This document shows, in pieces, positions 9,265-20,003 of a stretch of 52,568 nucleotides of DNA (the stretch's first letter is position 1; every line of letters begins with the position of its first letter). The stretch is from Coleofasciculus chthonoplastes F2-STO-03 (GTDB lineage: Bacteria; Cyanobacteriota; Cyanobacteriia; Cyanobacteriales; Coleofasciculaceae), in NCBI GenBank assembly GCA_040222015.1, contig JAVJWO010000217.1, positions 1 through 52,568 on the forward strand, written 5' to 3'. A model generated the notes under the pieces. The model did no database searches. It saw only the letters and a list, made by a program, of their open reading frames with translations, and was not told where the DNA came from. A program made the translations under genes and the position numbers.

Positions 9265-9567
9265 ATGCGACGAATTGATGCGATCGGAATTGCCATCGGC
9301 GTGTTTGCGGCTGGTGGTATTATGTATCTCCTCTTACAGGTTGCTGGTTTGGACGAGGTAAAAGCCGGGATTTGGAGTCAAGCCCTCTTAGTCGGCGGTT
9401 TGCTTGGCTGGGTATTCACCTATCTGTTCCGAGTGGGTACTCACAAGATGACCTATAACCAGCAACTGAAAGAGTACGAGGATGCTGTCTTGCAAAAGCG
9501 CCTCGAAGAGATGACCCCAGAAGAACTTGCTCAGTTACAAGCTGAATTGGAACAAGAGTCTGAATAA
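9265..9567 (+). CDS. DUF3007 family membrane protein
   Basis: MRRIDAIGI, AGIWSQ, YLFRV..HKMTY.QQ...YE..VLQKRL; position between ndhL and trpA. Confidence 0.85.
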   Translation: MRRIDAIGIAIGVFAAGGIMYLLLQVAGLDEVKAGIWSQALLVGGLLGWVFTYLFRVGTHKMTYNQQLKEYEDAVLQKRLEEMTPEELAQLQAELEQESE

Positions 9568-9627
9568 ATCAACCGTGATGAATTGGAACTCCCTGTTCCC
9601 TGTTCCCTGTTCCCTGTTCCCTAACCG

Positions 9628-10422
9628 ATGACCAAAATTTCCCAGTGCTTCGAGACTCTACGCCAACGCTCTGAATGTGCCTTTATTCCCTTTATCACAG
9701 CAGGTGACCCGGATTTAGTCACCACGGCTCAAGCTTTGCGAGTCCTTGACAAATCAGGGGCGGATATGATAGAGCTAGGTGTGCCTTATTCCGATCCCTT
9801 GGCTGATGGCCCGACGATTCAAGCGGCGGCGACACGAGCATTGAAACGGGGGGTACGATTGGATGATGTTCTGGCGATCGCGCAGGAAGTAACCCCCGAT
9901 CTAAACGCACCAATTATTCTATTTACCTATTACAACCCCATTCTCAACCGAGGGATTGAAGTCTTTTTAAAACAGATTGCTGCCGCCGGGATAGCGGGGT
10001 TAGTCGTGCCGGATTTACCCTTAGAGGAAGCAGAATCGCTGATCCAGCCTGCGACTGAAATTGGCATCGAAGTGGTTTTGTTAGTTGCACCCACAAGTCG
10101 GAAAGCTAGAATTGACGCGATCGCGAAAAAATCCCAGGGCTTCATTTACCTCGTCAGTGTTACAGGCGTCACCGGGATGAGAAGCCAAGTTGCATCCAGT
10201 GTCCCCAATTTACTGGAGGAAATGCGGGCGGTAACGGACAAACCCATCGGAGTCGGTTTCGGTATCTCCCAACCCGAACAAGCCCGACAGGTGAAACAGT
10301 GGGGTGCAGATGCAGTAATTGTGGGAAGTGCTTTCGTGAAGCGTTTAGCTGAAGGAACCCCGACTGAAGGATTGAAAGCGATTGAGGAGTTTTGTCAATC
10401 CCTCAAGTCAGCGATTAAGTAG
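9628..10422 (+). CDS. trpA: Tryptophan synthase alpha chain
   Basis: [38 protein letters not shown] motifs. Confidence 0.97.
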   Translation: MTKISQCFETLRQRSECAFIPFITAGDPDLVTTAQALRVLDKSGADMIELGVPYSDPLADGPTIQAAATRALKRGVRLDDVLAIAQEVTPDLNAPIILFTYYNPILNRGIEVFLKQIAAAGIAGLVVPDLPLEEAESLIQPATEIGIEVVLLVAPTSRKARIDAIAKKSQGFIYLVSVTGVTGMRSQVASSVPNLLEEMRAVTDKPIGVGFGISQPEQARQVKQWGADAVIVGSAFVKRLAEGTPTEGLKAIEEFCQSLKSAIK

Positions 10423-10588
10423 ATGGACACAATCTAAAGTTAAAGGTGGTGATCGTCATTTGTCATTTGTCCTTGGTCATTTGTAATCGAACAGCGATTA
10501 ACCATTAAGTACCTGGATATAAATTCTGTACCCTTTACTAAGAAATGTTTTGAAGCCTCCAATAACTTTAATGAAAGTCTGACTATTT

Positions 10589-11359
10589 ATGGTTAACCTT
10601 CCCACTCAAACTGACCCCCCCCTTTCACCTCGGCAAACCTTACCCACGATGTATGATTTACCGAGTGACAACCCGGAGGAACCTGGATTGCCAGACGAGT
10701 TTCATTTTTTACAACCCTTATTGTTATTTCTTACCTTTCAACCTGCTAACTGGAATCCAGAGTTGGTATTTTCGGCTTGTGACTTGAATCTTTACTATGA
10801 TGTGAATCATCCTCAATGGTACAAACGCCCCGATTGGTTTGGGGTAGTGGGAATACCTCGGTTGTATGAAGGGCGGGATTTACGTTTAAGTTATGTGGTG
10901 TGGCAAGAAGTAATCAATCCTTATGTAGTGGTGGAATTATTGTCTCCCGGTACACAAGAGGAAGATTTGGGTCAAACGGTGCAAACACCTGGAAATCCAC
11001 CGACAAAATGGCAGGTTTATGAACAGATTTTGCGGATTCCGTACTCGATTGTTTTTAGTCGCTATACCAATGAACTTCAGGCGTTTCATTTAGTCGGGGG
11101 TCATTACGAACCGATGAACATGATTGATAATCGCTTATTGATGCCGGAGTTAGGGTTAAGTTTAGGACTATGGCAGGGAAGTTTTCGAGGAATTAACCGT
11201 TTGTGGTTGCGGTGGATGACGCTTGAGGGAGAGTTGATTTTAACGCCGGAAGAAGAGGCAGTCGAGGCGCAGGAAAGGGCAGTTGCGGAACGGGAAAGGG
11301 CAGAACGATTAGCAGCACGATTGCGCGAGTTAGGGATTGAACCTGATGATGTCGAGTAA
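10589..11359 (+). CDS. Uma2 family (DUF820) putative endonuclease
   Basis: PDEFH, KRPDWFGV, VVELLSPGT, KWQVYEQIL; C-terminal RAERLAARLRELGIEPD coil. Confidence 0.88.
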   Translation: MVNLPTQTDPPLSPRQTLPTMYDLPSDNPEEPGLPDEFHFLQPLLLFLTFQPANWNPELVFSACDLNLYYDVNHPQWYKRPDWFGVVGIPRLYEGRDLRLSYVVWQEVINPYVVVELLSPGTQEEDLGQTVQTPGNPPTKWQVYEQILRIPYSIVFSRYTNELQAFHLVGGHYEPMNMIDNRLLMPELGLSLGLWQGSFRGINRLWLRWMTLEGELILTPEEEAVEAQERAVAERERAERLAARLRELGIEPDDVE

Positions 11360-11389
11360 GTGCGATCGCTGTTTTCAGTTCACTACATC

Positions 11390-11632
11390 TTAATTTGCGG
11401 TAGTGGTAAATTCAAAGTCGATGGCACCGGAACCGTCTACGTCCACCTCTTGCATCATGTCATACAATTGGGCGTCTGTGGGATTTTGACCCAGCGATCG
11501 CATGACGGCACCTAACTCGTCAGCATAAATTTCACCACTGCCATCTTCATCGAAAACTCTGAAGGCTTGCCAAAGTCTTTCAACTTCAGCTTCATTCATT
11601 TTCTTTGCGTTTTGTTTATTCATTTCTGCCAA
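11390..11632 (-). CDS. Calmodulin-like two-EF-hand protein, possibly 3'-truncated
   Basis: EF loops [12 protein letters not shown] and [12 protein letters not shown]; linker [14 protein letters not shown]. Confidence 0.75.
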   Translation of the reverse strand: MAEMNKQNAKKMNEAEVERLWQAFRVFDEDGSGEIYADELGAVMRSLGQNPTDAQLYDMMQEVDVDGSGAIDFEFTTTAN

Positions 11633-11697
11633 TTTTAAAGCAAGTTCCCAAATTTAATTTCAGTTTCCTTCTAAAAAACAATAAAACGGTTCATCCG

Positions 11698-13194
11698 TCA
11701 AGTTGATTCAGAAAAGTCTGTGTCATCCGAATTTAGGGAAGAAAATAAATGATGCCAATTTGGAGAACCTGTTTGGGCTTCTTTCACTTCAAAGGTGACA
11801 TGACAAGCCTGGGGTTGTTCTAGCGCCTGAAGGCAAAGTTCAGCAATATCTTCGCGACTGACTTTCCCGCGAATATTATCGCCTTGCTCGAAGGCTAAAC
11901 CTTTACCACCGGGTTCTTCGGTTAAAGCACAAGGACGGATAATTGTATAGGGAATACCACTTTCCCGTATCGCCTCCTCTCCTCGCAGCTTCCAGGTGAG
12001 AATTCCGCCTAATTGGTCATTCATTCGCACGGCTGGTGGTTCTTCTTCTAAGTTAATTCCGGGACGCCCTGGACGGGTGACGCCAGCAGAACTAATCATA
12101 ATAAATTGGGGTAATGTTGAACCGTTGTAAGCTTTGATTGTTTTCACTTGTAAGGAAAACGTTCCGGGTTCAAAGTTAGGATTCAGTGCACCATCATACT
12201 CAAACTTACTCAGCATCAATTGCACGGCGTAAATATGACTCGGATCAAAGGGTTCAGCATCGGGGAGCGTTTTGGCACGAAAGACAGGAATCAGCGCCTC
12301 AAAAGGAACCCGAACATCAATCCAGGTATCTTTTTCTGTATCAAAGGAATAGCAATAGGAAATCCCATCCCATCTTGATTCAGTTCGCAGGATAAACTTA
12401 TACCGTTGTCCATCGCCTTTAACCCGAAGTTCCATCCCTTCATATCCAGCTAAATTTAAAGGTGAATCGAAGTTACGGGTGCGAACGGAAACAAAACCAC
12501 CAGAGTTTTTTGTCGATACTGTTCCACTGAATAATGCTGCCTGATCAATCAGTCGAATTGAGCTTTCACTCACACCCCCCATAACGACATCATCTACAGC
12601 CCCCCAGGTTTCTTTCACGTCATCTGAGGGATGTTTGAAATCAAAAATGAGTGGGTTTCCCGGTTCTAGATGATGTGCCGCAACTTGGACTAAATTCTTA
12701 ATCCCTTGATAGTCTACAATTTCAGGACTATCAACCACTTCTGGCATATAAAATTTGATGCCTTGATAATATTTTTCCCGGGTTGGCGTATCTCCTTCCA
12801 CAGGTTGCACCCGCACACCTGTGCAGCAAATAACGGCGGAGATACCGTCCATCATGACAGGGGTTAAGGTTTCGGGGATGGTGATATCGGCTTCAAACAG
12901 TTCCACCTCATTTCCCAGCATTTCCCGCCCACGCTGAGTATCTCTGACTAATGCGCGTACCGGATAATCCCGTTCTCTCAGACGCCGCACGACTCGCTTG
13001 CCAACGCCACCCGTTGCACCCGCTACCAGTATCTTACCCAATCGTTTTCCTCTACTTTGGTTTGATTTATGATATTTTGTGTTACCTGAAAATAAGCGTT
13101 TTAAACAACTAATAAAAGGGATAACCTCAAAATAGGCTAATGTTTTGACAAATCGACCAGCATCCCATTGGGAGCGATTATTCTCAGTCATCAT
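11698..13194 (-). CDS. CIA30 family protein with NAD(P)-binding Rossmann domain
   Basis: VAGATGGVG; WGAVDDVVMGGVSES and GGFVSVRT CIA30 motifs; YTIIRP. Confidence 0.9.
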   Translation of the reverse strand: MMTENNRSQWDAGRFVKTLAYFEVIPFISCLKRLFSGNTKYHKSNQSRGKRLGKILVAGATGGVGKRVVRRLRERDYPVRALVRDTQRGREMLGNEVELFEADITIPETLTPVMMDGISAVICCTGVRVQPVEGDTPTREKYYQGIKFYMPEVVDSPEIVDYQGIKNLVQVAAHHLEPGNPLIFDFKHPSDDVKETWGAVDDVVMGGVSESSIRLIDQAALFSGTVSTKNSGGFVSVRTRNFDSPLNLAGYEGMELRVKGDGQRYKFILRTESRWDGISYCYSFDTEKDTWIDVRVPFEALIPVFRAKTLPDAEPFDPSHIYAVQLMLSKFEYDGALNPNFEPGTFSLQVKTIKAYNGSTLPQFIMISSAGVTRPGRPGINLEEEPPAVRMNDQLGGILTWKLRGEEAIRESGIPYTIIRPCALTEEPGGKGLAFEQGDNIRGKVSREDIAELCLQALEQPQACHVTFEVKEAQTGSPNWHHLFSSLNSDDTDFSEST

Positions 13195-13307
13195 CCCCTC
13201 CTATACTATTTGTTTTTTTCAGTGTACCGAATTTGGCAACGGGGATGAATCCGCGATCGCTATAGCGGATCGTCTTGTGGTGCAACCTAGATTAGGTGTA
13301 GGGGGAA

Positions 13308-13601
13308 CTATTCTTCTGCCAGAATTACTTCACTTTGATAACCGTCTGGAGTCTGTTGACGAAAAACGTGCAATTGTCGATTTTTAAGATTAAGTACCCA
13401 ATAGTCAGCAATTCCCGATTGGGCATTAATAATCTGTCCTGCAATTAATTCAACCGATTCATCGGGCTGCAAAATGCCCACTTCAGCCATTCGATGGTAC
13501 TCTTCAATCGTCCACAAGCGGAGTTTGACGGGGGGTTGAGTTTTTGGCATAACTTTTCTTGCTGAGATTGACCCATGGTTATCAATAGTTTGAGGATTCA
13601 T
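13308..13601 (-). pseudogene. Uma2 family gene with internal deletion
   Basis: WTIEEYHRMAEVGIL...VELIAGQII joined directly to AQSGIADYWVLNL; the PD-(D/E)xK core is absent. Confidence 0.7.
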
Positions 13602-13818
13602 CGTTTATTGTACTCACTTCTCTCCCAGCCAGCCATATCGTTTACTGTGCTGGGATGGATACTTGGTATTGAGCTTCTCGAAATACTTATCAGTCACGGT
13701 ATCAGTTCCAGAGTTGACAATCACGGATTTTCCGGTAGTTTAGTATAAAATGCTCGAATCTGGACTTGTGCGCCCTAAGCTACATCCAGAATAATGTTTA
13801 AGCTGAATAGGTTTAGCT

Positions 13819-14082
13819 GTGAGTTCTAAGAATTTACCGGAAACCACTGCCTACGTTCGGATTACCCAGCACTCGTGGCAACAGGGCAAAATTGAAGGAG
13901 ATGTTCAAGCGGCGGCTTATGAGTGGCAGTTTCAATGGCGTTTTCGCCAAGGTCAGTTGGTCGTTAGACCTGCTTTGGGACGTGCTTTAATCCAAGAACC
14001 ACTGGGTCGATTTTTAGAGCGTTGCGATTACCAGTTGGAACCAGGAGGAGATTATGCGTTTACCATTCGGGCGGAACTTTAA
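13819..14082 (+). CDS. DUF3146 family protein
   Basis: PETTAYVRIT.HSW, W.FQW.F..G.L.V.P.LGRALI.EPL.RFLE..DY.LEPGGDY. Confidence 0.8.
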   Translation: MSSKNLPETTAYVRITQHSWQQGKIEGDVQAAAYEWQFQWRFRQGQLVVRPALGRALIQEPLGRFLERCDYQLEPGGDYAFTIRAEL

Positions 14083-14216
14083 ATGTTGGGATAAAGGGGG
14101 TAACACAAGTGGATTGGGTATCAGCACTAACTTAAGGCTGGTGGGCAATGCCCACCCTACTAGGCTACTAGGCTACGGTATATCAAAAGTTTTGACGTTT
14201 AATTTTGACTGTTTAC

Positions 14217-14583
14217 CGAAAAATTGGGTCTAAAGCCTCGTCCTTATAGGACGACTTTGTGTTAAAATTAGCTTCGAGGAAAGGGTATTAAACCTCTATA
14301 AAAACCTTGGGCCCGAGAGGCATCGCACCTTGAAAACTAGCCTTAGAGGGTTCTGTACAGTCCGTGCTTGTACAGGTAAAAAGTCTAAGCAACAAGCACG
14401 CCCAAAACACATTATTTCTTGTTTTCAAGCTTTACGATAGGGCATATCGAAACTAGCTTCTGTAATGGAGCAAAACGCTTCTTCCTCCAGATGCTCCTCT
14501 GGTATGAAATAGGACCCCTGTTTCATAGTAAGAGCGCTCGATGAAAGAAGCGCTACTCACGCCTTCAGGCTGAGGAGTGTCAA
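14217..14583 (+). mobile_element. Non-autonomous, ORF-less IS200/IS605 (IS891-like) element inserted in the yqgF 3' end
   Basis: Preceded by TTAC; left hairpin aaagcctcgtccttataggacgacttt; right hairpin ending gaggagtgTCAA; removing it restores a yqgF C-terminus IERYVNSQN*. Confidence 0.8.
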
Positions 14584-14964
14584 ATAACGCTCAATCAACA
14601 AGATAGCAACAATATCATCAATCGGTCGAGGTGGCTGGCGCATCCCTTGGGGAATTAGGCGTTGGAGTCCTTTGGGGGGGTACATTTGCCAGTAGCGATC
14701 GCGAGCTTCTAATGTACTATAGCGTTCATCGACTAAGACGATGGGTACAGTGGCAGAAATGGCTTCACGAATTTTCCCTTGCCATTGCTTCGAGGTGGTT
14801 TGGTTCCCCATAACAATTGTCTCAATGGGAAACTGCTGAGATAGTTTTTTAATAGTGGCGATCGCCTGGTCTGATGGTATCACTTGATGATAGGAAATTT
14901 TTTGGTCTTTCCCTTTTACGGCTAAACCACATTTATCTCGTCCTGGGTCAAACCCTAATATCAT
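14557..14964 (-). CDS. yqgF: YqgF/RuvX-like RNase H-fold nuclease
   Basis: ILGFDPGRDKCG, VDERYSTLEAR, DDIVAILLIE motifs. Confidence 0.8.
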   Translation of the reverse strand: MILGFDPGRDKCGLAVKGKDQKISYHQVIPSDQAIATIKKLSQQFPIETIVMGNQTTSKQWQGKIREAISATVPIVLVDERYSTLEARDRYWQMYPPKGLQRLIPQGMRQPPRPIDDIVAILLIERYLTLLSLKA

Positions 14965-15094
14965 AATTAAAACTATCTATTCTCCTATTTTAGACTTGAC
15001 ATCAGCATCTGGATAGATTCTTCATTCCGCTTCGCTCCACTCAGAATGACATGATTGGGTGATGACATGATGGGTGGCTGGGAGAGTCATGAGT

Positions 15095-15151
15095 ATGACC
15101 AATGACGAATGACCAATGACGAATGACCAATGACGAATGACCAATGACGAA
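15095..15151. repeat. Heptamer tandem repeat (AATGACC/AATGACG)n
   Basis: atgaccaatgacgaatgaccaatgacg... read directly. Confidence 0.85.
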
Positions 15152-17026
15152 TTACATCGACTTTCGATATTTTTCCAATAATTCTGGCAGGTAATCATAT
15201 CCATCTACCCCAATTAAGGGAATAATTTTTGACCGTTGCTGCTGTAGGACTTCTTGGAATACTTCTCCTCCCAATTGCCCTTGCAAAATCGTCAGTAATC
15301 CCACGGCTTTGCGCCAGTCTTCTGTGCCAATTTGCTCTAATAAATATCCGCCCAAGCTACCTGTGTAAATCGTTTTACTCCAGTTTTGTAACTGATAGTA
15401 GGCTTGCGCCAAGTACGCTAAGTTGAGTCCCTGCAAATATAAATCTCCAGAAAATTGTGCGGCTTGCCACCCTTGTTCTAAATAGGTAATCGCTTCTTGG
15501 GGGTTTTGCACAACCACATAAGCAATTCCTAAACTACATAAACATAGGGCTTGACTTTGGCGATCGCCTAATTTTTCTAATAATTGCCGCCCTTGTTGCA
15601 GGTACATGATGGCGCTTTCGTAAACATCGGGATCAAGGGCTTGCTGTTGGGCTTGAAACACCTCACTATAACCTAAATTCGCTAAGGCGTTGGCTTCACC
15701 TAATTTATCCCCGGCTTGCCGTGCTAAGATTAATGCCCGTTGACTATAATTAATCGCCTCGGCATAATTTCTCTGTGCCACACAGATTCGGCTTAAGTGA
15801 TTGTAATTGGCAATCTCACAGACGCGATCGCTAGCTAAACGGGCAATCTCTAAGGCTTGCTCATGGAATTGTATTGCCCGATCATATCGACCTTGCGCCC
15901 GTTGGGAATAGCCTAATAAGGTGAGAATTCGGGCTTTCTCTTCAGTTCCCTCGACACGCCGCAAGGGTTCATCCAGGTAATCCATGGCATTCCGCAGATA
16001 ATTCCCACTTAAGGAGGCAAAAACACCACCATACAGGGGAAAATATTCCCGTTGGGTAAAGGTGCGGAGAATTTGCAGCGTCGCCTGAAAACAACTATCT
16101 ACTAAACGTTCCCGTTGAGGAACTGTTGCTTGATTTAAAGCCAAGGCAAGTTGTGACCAGATTACCGCAAATACGATAAAGGTGGAAATCGAGAGTCTAG
16201 CCCCCATTTTGGAGTTATAGACTCGTTGATCAAACCACTTAACTAACCGACGTTGTAACCATTGCAGAACAAAGGTTAATTCCACCCAAGCATCCAGTTC
16301 TAACGTTGGCTGTTGGCGAATCCATTTATCGAGAGGTTGATTATACGCCAGCGCTTGGAACAATGACTTAGGTAGAGGACGATTCACCTTTTTTGCCCAG
16401 AGTCCCCAAGGTCCTCGTTGTTCAGCGAGTTCTTCAAATCCCAAGGAACCCTGGCTTTGCTCGTATATCCAGCTTACTAAATCGTTTTCTAAATTCCCCC
16501 AAGCGGCTAATCCCCCAGTAATTCCTTGGGCTAGCTGTTCAAGTTCCGTGGCGCGTTCGGAGTCGGAACTGGTGGATGCTTCTTGATGAAGGGTTTGGGC
16601 TAATTGAGCTAACTGAGATAGATTAAGGACAGGTTCTCGATTTGGATCGATCGCCCGTAGCCAAGCGCTCAACCGTTCACTCTGGTCAGCTTTGGTAATC
16701 TCTTGTGTGGCGGTTGCGATCGCCTCAGACACCTGATTCTCCTGCTGTACCCGTTCCCATTCGCTGCTAATCATATTCAGCGCCCTCTGCGCCCGTATCG
16801 CTTTAGCCTGTTTGAGTTCACTCGCCGGATTATCGATTTCCTCCTGAGTGCTGCTCTGACGTTCATCCAGACAGCGTTCAAACATTTCCCCGGTTCCACT
16901 GCTGACACCTGACGCCAGCTTTTGGTAAACCTGTCGCTTGGAGCGGATTTTTCCTTTCAGCGTCGCGGCGACAATTTCGTCAATCAGTTGAAAACAGCGA
17001 TCGCGTAATGGTAAAGAGTCTGTCAT
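15152..17026 (-). CDS. Tetratricopeptide-repeat protein
   Basis: C-terminal TPRs (AIQFHEQALEIAR, GEANALANLG, LGIAYV). Confidence 0.85.
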   Translation of the reverse strand: MTDSLPLRDRCFQLIDEIVAATLKGKIRSKRQVYQKLASGVSSGTGEMFERCLDERQSSTQEEIDNPASELKQAKAIRAQRALNMISSEWERVQQENQVSEAIATATQEITKADQSERLSAWLRAIDPNREPVLNLSQLAQLAQTLHQEASTSSDSERATELEQLAQGITGGLAAWGNLENDLVSWIYEQSQGSLGFEELAEQRGPWGLWAKKVNRPLPKSLFQALAYNQPLDKWIRQQPTLELDAWVELTFVLQWLQRRLVKWFDQRVYNSKMGARLSISTFIVFAVIWSQLALALNQATVPQRERLVDSCFQATLQILRTFTQREYFPLYGGVFASLSGNYLRNAMDYLDEPLRRVEGTEEKARILTLLGYSQRAQGRYDRAIQFHEQALEIARLASDRVCEIANYNHLSRICVAQRNYAEAINYSQRALILARQAGDKLGEANALANLGYSEVFQAQQQALDPDVYESAIMYLQQGRQLLEKLGDRQSQALCLCSLGIAYVVVQNPQEAITYLEQGWQAAQFSGDLYLQGLNLAYLAQAYYQLQNWSKTIYTGSLGGYLLEQIGTEDWRKAVGLLTILQGQLGGEVFQEVLQQQRSKIIPLIGVDGYDYLPELLEKYRKSM

Positions 17027-17237
17027 CGTTTTTTGTTCTCAGAACCTACGTTAATATCCTAGACTTAGCCATCGTGCAGAATTCTTGGCTTATAGGACAA
17101 AGAGTAATCTTGCGACCTGGCAAAAAGCAACTTGGTTCAGAAGACATGATGGAAACTACAATCAACTCTAGAAATGATACAGTGAAACCCAACAAGCCAC
17201 AGCTTACGCCACACGCCTTTTAACCCCAGAGACAACC

Positions 17238-17426
17238 ATGCGTACCCTGTCTCTCCCCTATCCCGACGACGTACTGATTACGTCTGGTAAATCACCCCAA
17301 GCCTTAGAAGCTGAACTAATCTTCTTGCTCGCCGTTAAACTGTTCGAGTTACGTCGGCTATATCTGGGCAAAGCTGCTGACTTTTGCAACATCAACAAAC
17401 TGCAATTTATAGCAACATTTCCCTAG
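17238..17426 (+). pseudogene. UPF0175 family protein, probably truncated
   Basis: LAVKLFELRRLYLGKAADFC resembles the UPF0175 LA..LF..G.LS.GKAA motif; ends early. Confidence 0.6.
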
Positions 17427-17572
17427 CCAATTTTTTCCTACATTTAACACACTGAGCTTCTGTCAACCTGACTTTTTCTGACTTTCTCTTCAACCAAGAC
17501 CATAACTTTTCCTATTGCATGGCTTAATAACCGGGTAGAGACTGACAAGTATCGACTCAATTTTTAAGTGAA

Positions 17573-18232
17573 ATGAAACATATCTGGAACAAGTTCACCG
17601 TTTTTGCTACTGGCTATGCCTTAAGCTTGGTGGCTATTGGAGCTGCTCCGGCACAAGCAGCTAATATAATCAAAAACGGTAGTTTTGAAATCGGTTCGGA
17701 GCCAGGTGAGTTCTTGCCACTCAGCGTCGGTTCTACTGATATCCAAGATTGGACGGTAATAAAAGGTGGCATTGACTATTATGGCACCGGATGGTTGGCT
17801 GCTGATGGTAATCGAAGTCTTGATCTCAACGGTACGCCTGGAGTTGGTGGGGTAGCACAAACATTTAGCACAAAAGATGGTCAGCAATATCTGGTGAGTT
17901 TTGATTTTGCGGGTCATCCCAGTGGTTTTTTACAAACAATGGAAGTCGCAGCGGCAGGACAATCTGAATTATTTTCATTTCAGGCAGGCACTGATCCTAA
18001 AAATATAGGGTGGCACACCCAGTCATGGCTGTTTACCGCCATCGATACAGAAACCACTCTTGAGTTTTCGAGCCTGCAAACAAACTACGAATTTGGTGGA
18101 CCGGCATTGGATAACGTTTCAGTCACTGCTGTTTCTGTCCCTGAACCTATGACGATAATGGGTTCTGTGGTGGCAGTTTTTTTTGGCAGCTTGTTCAAGC
18201 GTTCACAGTCCAAAAATAAAGACTTAGCTTAA
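17573..18232 (+). CDS. PEP-CTERM protein with DUF642/choice-of-anchor-C-like domain
   Basis: Signal peptide, NGSFE, W.AADG.RSLDLNG, GPALDNVSV, VPEP + TM helix + basic tail. Confidence 0.88.
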   Translation: MKHIWNKFTVFATGYALSLVAIGAAPAQAANIIKNGSFEIGSEPGEFLPLSVGSTDIQDWTVIKGGIDYYGTGWLAADGNRSLDLNGTPGVGGVAQTFSTKDGQQYLVSFDFAGHPSGFLQTMEVAAAGQSELFSFQAGTDPKNIGWHTQSWLFTAIDTETTLEFSSLQTNYEFGGPALDNVSVTAVSVPEPMTIMGSVVAVFFGSLFKRSQSKNKDLA

Positions 18233-18611
18233 TTGATTCTTGTTTTACGCAAAGTTTTTTGGCTGTCTACACATTCGATCAAATAGTTAGGACATAAGTT
18301 ATAGCGCTTCTAGAGGGTCTAGTTACACTTTGTTTGTACGAACATCCCATCTGGACTCAGCTTCAGGTACGGGAGTTGTAAATACACGCCTAGCGACTTG
18401 CTATATTGCTGAAATCAGCACAAGTTTCCAACCAAAAGACGATGTTCCTGTTCATTTGTCAGGGTTTAACGAAGCTAGGTGTTGGAGCAATCCGCAAGTG
18501 CATTCTCTTGCTTCCCCAGCTTCCCTTGCTCACCCTAACCACAGTTTGAGTTGACACGGATGCCCCTAATTGATATTGATACGGTAGGGGCACGATATTA
18601 TCGTGCCCTAA

Positions 18612-19745
18612 TCAAGCCGCTCTTAAGAGCGATCGCGACAGCACCACGCCCTGATAATACTGTTGTAACTGACGGGTTGCGGCTGACCAACTCCAGCGCT
18701 CCGCTTCCGCCCTAGCGTTTTCGCGTAAGGTTTCCCGTTCGGTTCGTTCCTGGAACAGACGTTGAGTCGCCGCGATCGCGCCTTGTTCATCCCTGGGATT
18801 AAATAGGTAGCCATTCACCCCATCCGTGACGATATCTGGAATCCCCCCGGAACGCGCTGCTACAACTGGGCACCCCGCCGCCATCGCTTCGAGTAAAACT
18901 AATCCCAAGGTTTCGGTACGGGAGGGGAAAATAAACGCATCCGCCGACGCAAAGGCAGAACCTAACGGTTCACCTGTCAGATACCCAACAAAATGGGTGG
19001 GAGTTCCGGCAAAATGTTTTTCCAAGGCGCTGCGATGAGGTCCATCTCCCACCAACGCCAAACGCGCACCGGGAATCGATTCCAGAACAGGTTTAATCCG
19101 ATCAATCTCCTTTTCCGCCGACAAACGCCCCACATAAAGCAGCAAGGGACTTTCCGGGTGTCCTTGGGACAAGTGCGATCGCATGTCCTCAGACGCCAAA
19201 CTGGGACGGAATGTCTCCGTATCCACCCCCCGTTGCCACAAATCCAATCGTTCAATCCCCCGCCCTCTCAATTCCTCAACCATCGCCGTCGAGGTACATA
19301 AATTAAGCTGGGCTTGGTTGTGATTTGCCTTAATTAATTCCCACATCACGGGTTCTAACATTCCTAACCCATAATGCTGAAGATACTGGGGTAAATGAGT
19401 ATGATAGGACGCGACTAAAGGAATTTGCATCACCTTCCCATAATAGAGTCCTCCTAACCCTAATACAGCCGGATTCACCACATGAATCACATCTGGCTTA
19501 AATTCAGCTAACGCCATGCCAATCGCGGGTCGAGGTAATGCCAGTTTTAGTTCGGGATATAAAGGTAATGGAAAAGCCGAAACGCCATAAATTTTGGCAC
19601 CTTTGTGTTCCTTGAGTCCACCATCAGGACAGATTACCAGAACCTGGTCACCATTGCGTTGTAAATGGTCAACTGTGTGCCGTAGTCGCGTGACAATTCC
19701 ATCAACTTTAGGCAAAAAGGTTTCAGTGAATAAGGCAATTCGCAT
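18612..19745 (-). CDS. sqdX: Sulfoquinovosyldiacylglycerol synthase (GT4)
   Basis: MRIALFTETFLPKVDGIV, SYHTH, ETLGLVLLEAMAAG; close to sqdB. Confidence 0.88.
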   Translation of the reverse strand: MRIALFTETFLPKVDGIVTRLRHTVDHLQRNGDQVLVICPDGGLKEHKGAKIYGVSAFPLPLYPELKLALPRPAIGMALAEFKPDVIHVVNPAVLGLGGLYYGKVMQIPLVASYHTHLPQYLQHYGLGMLEPVMWELIKANHNQAQLNLCTSTAMVEELRGRGIERLDLWQRGVDTETFRPSLASEDMRSHLSQGHPESPLLLYVGRLSAEKEIDRIKPVLESIPGARLALVGDGPHRSALEKHFAGTPTHFVGYLTGEPLGSAFASADAFIFPSRTETLGLVLLEAMAAGCPVVAARSGGIPDIVTDGVNGYLFNPRDEQGAIAATQRLFQERTERETLRENARAEAERWSWSAATRQLQQYYQGVVLSRSLLRAA

Positions 19746-20003
19746 AATCGTGTGACTGTGTGCGGAGTGGTATTGCAAAAGGTAGGAGGCAGAAGGTAGA
19801 AGGTAGGAGGCAGAAGGTAGGAGGGTTGTTACTGGTATAGGGTCTCAGCTATTATATCTGTCCTAACCTCAATGGCACTAAAATCAACCTTTTTGGATCG
19901 CCGAAATCCTTATATACCGTAGGGTGGGTTGAGCGAAGTCGAAACCCACCAGCCAAAATTTCAGTACCATTCGTCCTCACCTTGATGGCGACAGCTAGAA
20001 AAA

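Noticed and set aside
15022..15204. 60-aa ORF with VIRHWSFVIGH-type repeats (similar cases at 41016-41216 and 50636-50842)
   Set aside because: These are translations of heptamer/nonamer tandem repeats, with no sign of real coding function.
18330..18554. 74-aa ORF in the intergenic region before sqdX
   Set aside because: TTG start, no motifs, runs into nonamer repeats; unsupported.
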